From positions 1 to 33,137 of the IMG/VR virus record IMGVR_UViG_3300049009_000318: a DNA stretch of 33,137 bases. The stretch is one strand, 5' to 3'. The notes under the pieces were generated by a model, which was not told where the DNA came from, made no database searches, and saw nothing but the letters and a program-made list of their open reading frames with translations. The stretch's first letter is position 1; each line of letters opens with the position of its first letter. Below, in pieces: positions 6,772-13,861 of this stretch. This DNA is from a virus. Its lineage: Duplodnaviria > Caudoviricetes. A program made the translations under genes and the position numbers.

Positions 6772-7810
6772 CCGGGGCTTCGCCCCAGCCACCCTCACCG
6801 AGGCGATCCAGTTCTCCGACATGCTGGCCAGCTCCAGCATGGTGCCCAAGGCCTACCAGGGCAAGCCCCAGGACATCCTGGTCTGCGTGCAGTGGGGCTA
6901 TGAGATGGGCCTGGCACCCATGCAGGCGCTGCAAAACATCGCCGTGATCAACGGCAAGCCCAGCGTCTACGGTGACGCGGCCATGGCCCTGGTGCAGGCC
7001 AGCTCGGTCTGTGAGGATGTCGAGGAATACTTTGAAGGCGAGGGCACAACCAACCCGGTGGCGGTCTGCGTGGCCAAGCGCCGTGGCCGCAAGCCGGTGA
7101 CCGCCAAGTTCAGCGTCGAGGATGCCAAGCGAGCTGGCCTATGGAACAAGCAGGGGCCATGGACGGCCTACCCCAAGCGCATGATGCAGATGCGAGCTCG
7201 CGGGTTTGCCCTGCGCGATGCCTTCCCGGACGTGCTGAAGGGTCTGATCACCGCCGAGGAGGCCCAAGACTACCCTGACGAAGCCAAGCCCAGGCCGGTG
7301 GCCAAGCCAGCCAACCCGCTGGACATGGTGGCCAAGCCTGCGCCGGTGGCCATCGAGAATGAGATCACCAACCCGGCAGCCATTGAGGCCGCGTTCGCTG
7401 ACACGGTCGAGCCTGATCCTGTGCCGGTCGAGGTGCTGGCCGTGATCCCGCACGCGGAGGCAGAGCCCGTCGAGGTCGAGCATGTCGAGCTGCAGCCACT
7501 GGTCGAGCGCGTGCCTGGTGAAGATGACGACCTGGGTGAAGAGATCCCCATCGGGTTTGAATTGAAGGTGCCGGGCAAGCACAAGCCCTACTCAATCCAC
7601 CAGACGTTGGATGAGTGGCAAGATGCCTACGAAGAGCTGGCCGACCAGGTTGCCAAGGCTGGAAAGCGACCACCCAGGGAGCGCATGACAGCGCTCAAGG
7701 AGCTCAAGCAGATTAATGAGGAGACCATCCAGCGGGTGGATACGCTCAAGCGGCTGCGCCACACAAGCGCATATCAGCGCCGACTCAATGCGCTGGGAGC
7801 TGCGCAGTAA
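6752..7810 (+). CDS. recT: RecT/Redbeta-like single-strand annealing protein
   Basis: VPKAYQGKP...G.EMGL.PMQALQNIAVINGKPS...W..YPKRM...RA..FALRDAFPDVLKGL...EE. Adjacent to the YqaJ exonuclease. Start re-called at ATG 6752. Confidence 0.85.
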   Translation: MQLTTTNRGFAPATLTEAIQFSDMLASSSMVPKAYQGKPQDILVCVQWGYEMGLAPMQALQNIAVINGKPSVYGDAAMALVQASSVCEDVEEYFEGEGTTNPVAVCVAKRRGRKPVTAKFSVEDAKRAGLWNKQGPWTAYPKRMMQMRARGFALRDAFPDVLKGLITAEEAQDYPDEAKPRPVAKPANPLDMVAKPAPVAIENEITNPAAIEAAFADTVEPDPVPVEVLAVIPHAEAEPVEVEHVELQPLVERVPGEDDDLGEEIPIGFELKVPGKHKPYSIHQTLDEWQDAYEELADQVAKAGKRPPRERMTALKELKQINEETIQRVDTLKRLRHTSAYQRRLNALGAAQ

Positions 7811-8404
7811 TTAGATTACCGCGAGCACCTCGTTGGTGTGCTTGATGCGGTCTGAGAGCCCTATGGCCCCGCCATTGATGATCTTCGTTAAGCGCTGGTG
7901 ATCAAGAATCTCAGCGGGGGCATTGCATTTGTGGGTTGACCAAAACCACCCGGCGGTCAGGGCTGCGTATTTTGGCGTGGCCACCAGGTCGGGCTGGGTG
8001 ACCAGGTCAACACCCAATGCTTTGCTCGCGTGGTGGTAGTTGTCCGAGCCAGTTAATTGAACCAGACCTCTACCGCGCATCATCCACCCATCATTGCTGG
8101 CCTCGTCCCGGTTTCCCATGCGACCGCTGTAGACTTTGTTGGCGATAAGGCGCGGCTGGCCTGAGTACTGGCTGGCCACTTCCATTGTGGGGAATCGCTT
8201 GGGCCAGACCCGCATCAATGTCGCCGCTTTGTAGTTTAGATTTTCTTCAAGCATTCTGAAGTTGCCCGACTCATGCGAGCACTGGCCAATGAAGCAGGCC
8301 TGTTGATTCTTGGTGGTGATGCCAAAGCGCTCAAAGGTTTCGTTCAGTGGGTCAACCCACTTGACATCAATGTGGAGTTTGGAAAGATGTTCAGCGTTTA
8401 GCAT
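7811..8404 (-). CDS. Endolysin, glycoside hydrolase family 19
   Basis: FIGQCSHESG, EENLNY, RGRGLVQLTG.DNY, AGWFW and TKIINGG..GL.DR motifs. Confidence 0.93.
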   Translation of the reverse strand: MLNAEHLSKLHIDVKWVDPLNETFERFGITTKNQQACFIGQCSHESGNFRMLEENLNYKAATLMRVWPKRFPTMEVASQYSGQPRLIANKVYSGRMGNRDEASNDGWMMRGRGLVQLTGSDNYHHASKALGVDLVTQPDLVATPKYAALTAGWFWSTHKCNAPAEILDHQRLTKIINGGAIGLSDRIKHTNEVLAVI

Positions 8405-8891
8405 TTATGGCCTCCATCACTTGGTTGTAGCTGTCGATGCAGGCGTTGAGCTGGTTGATGGCCCGGTCACCGTCGGCTGTGATTTGGGCGATGAGTCGGA
8501 GGACTTCTCGCTCCTCATCAGAAGGCGTGTCAGCCGGTCTGTCAGGTTGGGCTCTCGCTTCAGTCCAATTTCCGGGGGCAGCGGTGGCACTTGGGGCGGC
8601 TGATACACAACCGGGGGCCGGGAGGCGCACCCGACCAGCACTGATAGCGCGATCAAGAGCAGACTGTTTTTGATTGACAACATTGTTGACCTCCATAAGT
8701 TTTGTCGATGTTTCAGTAATTTGTGCAGTGAGTTTTTGCTCTGTCTCTCTGGCCTCTGCGTTCTTCTTTGCAATTTCGATTTGCATTTCTTGATCGCGGT
8801 CACCCCAGCCTTTGTGGTGGCCATAGAAGTAGGTAGACGTGCAGACAACGATTGCACCCAGGATCAGGTAGGGGTTGGGTAATCCAATCAT
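8391..8891 (-). CDS. Rz: Rz-like inner-membrane spanin
   Basis: N-terminal TM, coiled coil, C-terminal AD.AI.QL.AC; contains a nested lipoprotein gene. Confidence 0.8.
   Translation of the reverse strand: MIGLPNPYLILGAIVVCTSTYFYGHHKGWGDRDQEMQIEIAKKNAEARETEQKLTAQITETSTKLMEVNNVVNQKQSALDRAISAGRVRLPAPGCVSAAPSATAAPGNWTEARAQPDRPADTPSDEEREVLRLIAQITADGDRAINQLNACIDSYNQVMEAINAKR
8417..8683 (-). CDS. Rz1: Rz1-like outer-membrane spanin lipoprotein, embedded in Rz
   Basis: GGAGG 6 nt before ATG 8683. MLSIKNSLLLIALSVLVG-C lipobox followed by a Pro-rich segment, in another frame inside Rz. Confidence 0.8.
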   Translation of the reverse strand: MLSIKNSLLLIALSVLVGCASRPPVVYQPPQVPPLPPEIGLKREPNLTDRLTRLLMRSEKSSDSSPKSQPTVTGPSTSSTPASTATTK

Positions 8892-9379
8892 TTGACTGAT
8901 GCCCTGGCTTCAGCCTGGAGCTCGCGCTCTGCGTCATCTTCCAAGCTGGGCGGAGTGGTCGGCGGTGGCGGTGGCGACCAGCTCTCATCAAGCGGTGGGT
9001 TTGTCCAGACAGGCAACGCTCCGAATGCATTCTGTACAGGTGCAGCAGGCGCAGGCGGGGCCGTAGGGGCAGGCGCAGGAGCTGGTGCAGCCGGGGCAGG
9101 GGCAGGTGGCGGCGCAGGGCTTACTGCGTTGCTGACGGCCCCCACAGCACGCTTGCCTACGATGCCGCCTATGCCGCCAACAAGTAAAAGCACGATGTCG
9201 TTCAAAATTTTAGAGAACTGCATGTCTAGCGGAGCCATCGATTTAATGGGCTGAACCACAAAAATTAAGCTATAAAGTAGTACAAAAACAATTCCAAAAA
9301 GAATGACAGTTATGCAAACAACGACAAAGCCCCAGATTCGGATTTCAATGTCTTCTGCGGTGTATTTACTTTTTAGCAT
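8888..9379 (-). CDS. Two-TM membrane protein with Pro/Ala-rich tail (holin candidate)
   Basis: Hydrophobic IWGFVVVCITVILFGIVFVLLYSLIFVV and IVLLLVGGIGGIVG segments; lies in the lysis cluster. Confidence 0.6.
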   Translation of the reverse strand: MLKSKYTAEDIEIRIWGFVVVCITVILFGIVFVLLYSLIFVVQPIKSMAPLDMQFSKILNDIVLLLVGGIGGIVGKRAVGAVSNAVSPAPPPAPAPAAPAPAPAPTAPPAPAAPVQNAFGALPVWTNPPLDESWSPPPPPTTPPSLEDDAERELQAEARASVK

Positions 9380-9575
9380 CTTCGCCTTTCTTATCGTCAA
9401 CCTTGTTTGTTAAGACTGGGGCGACCAGATACTCAGGGCATGTCTGAGTAAATAGGCAGCGTGGCTTTTGGCACTCAGGCAAGTCGAACTTGTCGGGGTT
9501 CTGGCAGACGTAACGATAACGATCCTCGCACCCGGCAGCGGCGACGATGGTCAAACCAAGCAGCAGTAGTCTCAT
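9366..9575 (-). CDS. Cys-rich lipoprotein (69 aa)
   Basis: MRLLLLGLTIVAAAG-C lipobox; CEDRYRYVCQNP...C...C....TC. Confidence 0.75.
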   Translation of the reverse strand: MRLLLLGLTIVAAAGCEDRYRYVCQNPDKFDLPECQKPRCLFTQTCPEYLVAPVLTNKVDDKKGEDAKK

Positions 9576-9772
9576 CTCTGGTCTTCCTTCCTGTTAGCTT
9601 GATCCATCTTCTTGCGTTCATCTTCAAGCTGTTTGCGTAACCTCTCCATTCGCTCGATCTGAGCTTTGCTTTCCTTCTGCGTGGACAAGGTGTCGAAGTA
9701 CATGATGCCAATCAACGGCATCATCAACAGAAACACCAAGACCATGCAGACCAGTGCAATCAGAAACCCCAT
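9572..9772 (-). CDS. Single-TM coiled-coil protein
   Basis: MGFLIALVCMVLVFLLMMPLIGIMYF followed by a charged helix. Start could alternatively be ATG 9895. Confidence 0.6.
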   Translation of the reverse strand: MGFLIALVCMVLVFLLMMPLIGIMYFDTLSTQKESKAQIERMERLRKQLEDERKKMDQANRKEDQR

Positions 9773-10437
9773 CGCACTTTTCGATCCATCACCAGCAGTG
9801 ACCAGAACACGGTCAGGTACACGATCACCAACAAGGCGGCGGCCAGGTAAATTGCTTTGTCCTGCAGATCGTTGATTACCCTTCTTCGTTGCCATCTTGC
9901 CTGTGCCTCGCGCTGATCCCGAACCTCCCTGGCCTGCTCCTGCTCGACTGCAATCTGTTGGCGCATCTCGTTGAACCGTGTCCAAAGATCTCCCAACTCT
10001 GGTGGCGACTGATAGATCATTTGCTCACGCAAGTCAGTCTCCATCTGTCTCAACTGGGTGAGAACAAGGGTACGCTGCAAGGCACGCTCTGCCAGCGAGT
10101 CTGCACCGGCATAGACCTCTTCCTTTGACTTGCGCTCTTCTTCCTTGTAGAAGTCTTGGATCTGCTGCATATGCCGCATGAATTCACCCAAGCTCTTTGC
10201 AATGTTTCCCATGACCTGGTTGGGGTCATAAGCAGCGACTTCCTGCACTCGCTTTTGCTCTGCAACGATCTGCTTCTTTTGCTCCTTGCTTGGGTTTGGC
10301 CCAAACATGCCAGCGATCTCATTGACGATCTTTTTAACGTCACCGGCGGTGTTCTTAACATCCTTGTACGTTGCAATGCCCTGCTTGATAGCGCTGAATG
10401 CGCTTGAGGCCATAAGCAGGATGCTGATTGGGTCCAC
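9760..10437 (-). CDS. Helical protein with C-terminal TM anchor (225 aa)
   Basis: MDPISILLMASSAFSAIKQG N-terminus, coiled coil, C-terminal AIYLAAALLVIVYLTVFWSLLVM. Confidence 0.75.
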   Translation of the reverse strand: MDPISILLMASSAFSAIKQGIATYKDVKNTAGDVKKIVNEIAGMFGPNPSKEQKKQIVAEQKRVQEVAAYDPNQVMGNIAKSLGEFMRHMQQIQDFYKEEERKSKEEVYAGADSLAERALQRTLVLTQLRQMETDLREQMIYQSPPELGDLWTRFNEMRQQIAVEQEQAREVRDQREAQARWQRRRVINDLQDKAIYLAAALLVIVYLTVFWSLLVMDRKVRWGF

Positions 10438-10440
10438 ATC

Positions 10441-10638
10441 TTACAAACCAAAGATCTTTGCAAACAGAGATGCAGCCGCACCAGGACCCAGCAAGACGGC
10501 CACGATCACGGCATAAAGCAAATACTCAATCTTGGTCATGCGCTCTGACCCCTTGCTGAGAGAGTCAGAAATAAATTTCATCCTCTCTGTGCAAATGGCC
10601 TCATGCACTGCCAGCCTGGTCTCGGTGGAGTCGGTCAT
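10441..10638 (-). CDS. Small membrane protein (XhlA/holin-like)
   Basis: RLAVHEAICTER coiled coil followed by a TM helix; first membrane gene after the tail fibre. Confidence 0.6.
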   Translation of the reverse strand: MTDSTETRLAVHEAICTERMKFISDSLSKGSERMTKIEYLLYAVIVAVLLGPGAAASLFAKIFGL

Positions 10639-10844
10639 TCAGATGCCGCCCGTAGTGGTTCAAGATTCTCAGTTGTCCAAAAGTCTTTTGCCAGCATGAT
10701 CTTCAAATGCTCTTTGTTGCGTGACAAGCAATCTGCCCACTCAGCATCTTCCATGCCTTCGGGCTTGCCAGCATTGATTAGGTTAACTGAGTCCATTGCG
10801 GCGCTGAGGTGCTGGGCGATTTGTTCTGCGGTGATTTCATTCAT
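10635..10844 (-). CDS. Tail-fibre-associated hypothetical protein (69 aa)
   Basis: AAGGAA RBS before MNEITAEQIAQHLSAAMDSVNLI; directly downstream of the tail fibre. Confidence 0.7.
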   Translation of the reverse strand: MNEITAEQIAQHLSAAMDSVNLINAGKPEGMEDAEWADCLSRNKEHLKIMLAKDFWTTENLEPLRAASE

Positions 10845-10855
10845 GTCAATTCCTT

Positions 10856-13828
10856 TTAACCACAATATAAAACAGTCGGTACGCAATATGAACCATCGTC
10901 ATATTGGTGCGTCTTTTCTGTGCAGGTGACTTTGCCAATCGTGCTTGAGCGAATAATGTCATCGGCCTGCACTCTGGCTGTGCCATCGCCATTTGATTCC
11001 AGCAGATCACCTTCTTGCACAGTCACGCTTGCGTTAATTCTGCAAACAAATGCGCCAACAGCAGTGACATACATATCATTGGTGGCAGTCCAATCGTTAT
11101 CCCAATCCATAAACACGCCATAAACTTTTTTACTTCCAGCCGTGTCGGACACTTTGACTTTGCAAAGCCTCTCTGTCGTTGGCTCATTGGGCCATTGAAT
11201 AAGTTCGTTTATGGACTCCAGCACTGTGCCACGCAGAATGTTTGGTTTGCTTCCATCCGATAATTGTGACCAATGCGAACCCGCAAATGCGTTGTAGGAA
11301 ACTGTGCCGCCTGATACCGAAATGGTTCCTTGTTCAGTTCCATCTCTGGCAAAAGAAAGCAATGTTCCATCTGAGGTATTACGGTTAAATCGTGCAACAA
11401 CTGTGTTAGCCCTAGAAACAGATAGCTGACCAGCACTTTCAAGATAGATTCCCGTATTTGTATTTCCACTGCCGGGGTAATCTACTGTTGCGCCGCTAAA
11501 AAACCCAGAGCCAGAGCCATTGAAATAACCCCGTGGATTCCCATCCCCATCAGACAGCACGATGTAGTTGCTTGATGTGCGAATGTCTAAGCCGCCTTGG
11601 TTGCCTTGAAAGCCGCCAAGCACTACGTTTGAAACACCTGTTGTAATATCTTTACCAGCGCGATAGCCAATAAATACGTTGCTTCCGTTTACGGCATTAG
11701 AACTGTAACCAGCGTGATAACCAAAAAATGTGTTTGCCCCGCCAGTCGTATTGCTATACCCAGCCTGATAACCCACAGCAGTGTTGTTTGAGGCTGTGGT
11801 GTTGGATTGAAGGGCTCCTTGACCCATTGCGGTGTTGTTTGCACCTGTTGTGTTGTAATAAAGCGCACTCTCACCAAACGCAGAATTATTATTGGCGGTG
11901 CTATTTGTGTACAGTGCGCCATTGCCCACTGCTGTATTTTGTACCCCACTTGTATTGCTGTACAAAGAAATTCTTCCAACAGCAGTGTTGTTTGTGTTTC
12001 CACTTCCCGTGTGGCTATACAAAGACTGATAACCCACTGCGGTGTTGTTTGAGGCTGTGGTGTTGGAGAAGAGGGAAGAATTGCCAATTGCAGTGTTGAA
12101 ACTACCAGTGCTGTTGCTAAGAAGTGATGAATAACCAAAACCAGCATTAGACTGACCAGTTGTATTGGACAACAACGAAGTTCTACCATGTGCATCGTTG
12201 TATAAACCAGTCGTGTTTGAGCTTAATGCACTATCACCAAATGCCGAATTATCTGTTGCAGATGTATTAACGATAAGGGCATTCCTACCAACGGCTGTAT
12301 TCCTGCCAGCACCGGTATTTGCACCCGCCAAAGCACTTGCACCCACCGCAGTATTGGTGGATACAGCACCTGCGCCACGGCCTACGGTGAGGCCGTTCAC
12401 TACAGCATCACTGCTGAATGTCTTGGTGCCAGCAATGGTCTGATTGCCCGTCAGCTTCACAGCAAACGCATCAATCTGCGCTTGGGTATATGTGTTGGCC
12501 ACACTGAAGCTACCAAACGCATAGGCGCACAGCTCATCATTTAAGCTGGCTGCCGTGATCAACACAATGCTGGTGCCATTGCTCGCGGTGTAGTCATCGC
12601 CAGGTCGCAAGATCGCGCCGTTCAAGCTGACAATCAGACCGCCTGCAATGTAGGACAGCGTCAGGCTGTTTGCATCCGCGCCGCTGAATGTGGTTTGTCC
12701 TGCAGTAGCGACGTACTCATAAGTCACCAGCGCAGACTGCTGTGCTGAAGACGCTGCAATCCAACCTGCGCCGTCATACACATACATGCGACCTTGCACA
12801 CTGTCGTAGTACAAGGCACCAGTGACCAATGCATTGCCGTCATTGTCCAAAGTAGGTGCGCTTGTCTTGCTTCCCAAGTAGCGATCATCAAAGCTGTCCA
12901 GCGCGGCAGCCGCAGCCGCAGCCGAGGATGCGGCAGAGCTTGCGCTGTTAGACGCATTAGTTGCCTGTGTGGTTGCCGTGCTGGCAGAGTTGCTGGCATT
13001 AGTTGCACTTGTGGCCGCATTGGAAGCAGACGTACTGGCAGCAGACGCAGAGCTCGCAGCGTTGGTGGCTGACGTGCTGGCATTGCTGGCCTGGGTTGAT
13101 GCAGTGCTGGCCGAGGCGGCAGCATTGGTCGCTGACGTGGATGCCGAGCTTGCACTGTTGGATGAGTTGGTCGCCGAGGTTGAAGCGTTGCTGGCCTGGG
13201 TGCTGGCCGTGCTGGCCGAGCTGCTGGCGCTCGATGCCGAGCTCGATGCCGAGCTGGCGCTGGATGCCGCAGCGGTAGCGCTGTTGGCAGCGTTGGTTGC
13301 ATAGGTAACAGCATTTGTTACGTCAGCCACACTTATGCCTGCACTTGGATTTCCATCAGAGTCAAAAGTTAATGTTTTGTTTGCGCGTGTTGCCTTTGCA
13401 GGCAACGTCATGTTGATGGTTGTCGGATCTGTCTGCGGTGCCTGCAAGGCACGCTGCAATCCTTCGGCATTCTGCTGGGCAAAGATGGTCTGCTGATCCA
13501 GCTCGTCGTTGATGGTGTTGGCAAAGAAGTCACCGCCGGTGGTGAAGTCAGTTGACCTGGCAATGGTTCGGTTGCCGACAATTGCGTACTGGGTGGGCGA
13601 GGTCGGAGACAGAGCCAGGCCAGCAGCGGTGATGGTCACCGAGCCGGTGCCGTTGGCGTTGATGGTCACTGTGTAGTGGGTGGTCAACGTCAGCAGCGTG
13701 TTGTCTTTGAAGACCGCAATGTCAGTGTTGGCCAGGATCTCAAAAGTGAAGGCATAGGGGCCAGCGCCACCAGATCCACTTGGTGCGTATACCTGCCTGC
13801 GAGTTACGTTGCTGATTGGTACTGCCAT
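10856..13828 (-). CDS. Tail fibre/tailspike protein (990 aa)
   Basis: T7 gp17-like N-terminal attachment (YAFTFEIL..TDI.V), Ser/Ala/Thr-rich stalk, NTAVG..AL..NT beta-helix repeats, C-terminal chaperone-like domain (GDLLESNGDG...TIGKV...VP.VLYCG). Confidence 0.9.
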   Translation of the reverse strand: MAVPISNVTRRQVYAPSGSGGAGPYAFTFEILANTDIAVFKDNTLLTLTTHYTVTINANGTGSVTITAAGLALSPTSPTQYAIVGNRTIARSTDFTTGGDFFANTINDELDQQTIFAQQNAEGLQRALQAPQTDPTTINMTLPAKATRANKTLTFDSDGNPSAGISVADVTNAVTYATNAANSATAAASSASSASSSASSASSSASTASTQASNASTSATNSSNSASSASTSATNAAASASTASTQASNASTSATNAASSASAASTSASNAATSATNASNSASTATTQATNASNSASSAASSAAAAAAALDSFDDRYLGSKTSAPTLDNDGNALVTGALYYDSVQGRMYVYDGAGWIAASSAQQSALVTYEYVATAGQTTFSGADANSLTLSYIAGGLIVSLNGAILRPGDDYTASNGTSIVLITAASLNDELCAYAFGSFSVANTYTQAQIDAFAVKLTGNQTIAGTKTFSSDAVVNGLTVGRGAGAVSTNTAVGASALAGANTGAGRNTAVGRNALIVNTSATDNSAFGDSALSSNTTGLYNDAHGRTSLLSNTTGQSNAGFGYSSLLSNSTGSFNTAIGNSSLFSNTTASNNTAVGYQSLYSHTGSGNTNNTAVGRISLYSNTSGVQNTAVGNGALYTNSTANNNSAFGESALYYNTTGANNTAMGQGALQSNTTASNNTAVGYQAGYSNTTGGANTFFGYHAGYSSNAVNGSNVFIGYRAGKDITTGVSNVVLGGFQGNQGGLDIRTSSNYIVLSDGDGNPRGYFNGSGSGFFSGATVDYPGSGNTNTGIYLESAGQLSVSRANTVVARFNRNTSDGTLLSFARDGTEQGTISVSGGTVSYNAFAGSHWSQLSDGSKPNILRGTVLESINELIQWPNEPTTERLCKVKVSDTAGSKKVYGVFMDWDNDWTATNDMYVTAVGAFVCRINASVTVQEGDLLESNGDGTARVQADDIIRSSTIGKVTCTEKTHQYDDGSYCVPTVLYCG
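11765..12067. repeat. 42-bp direct repeat inside the tail fibre (11765-11806 and 12026-12067)
   Basis: ctgataacccacWgcRgtgttgtttgaggctgtggtgttgga, 40/42 identical, encoding SNTTASNNTAVGYQ. Confidence 0.85.
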
Positions 13829-13861
13829 GATGCCATCCTTCCGATTGAGAATTGTACGGTG

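Noticed and set aside
4117-7810. Plus-strand block as a recombinase-inverted segment
   Set aside because: No inverted repeats seen at its boundaries; it has its own divergent promoter.
11765-12067. Tail-fibre repeats as a DGR template/variable pair
   Set aside because: No reverse transcriptase, both copies are coding within one gene, and the two differences are synonymous.
12900-13300. Highly repetitive GC-rich tract
   Set aside because: Explained by the Ser/Ala/Thr low-complexity stalk of the tail fibre; the overlapping ORFs are by-products.
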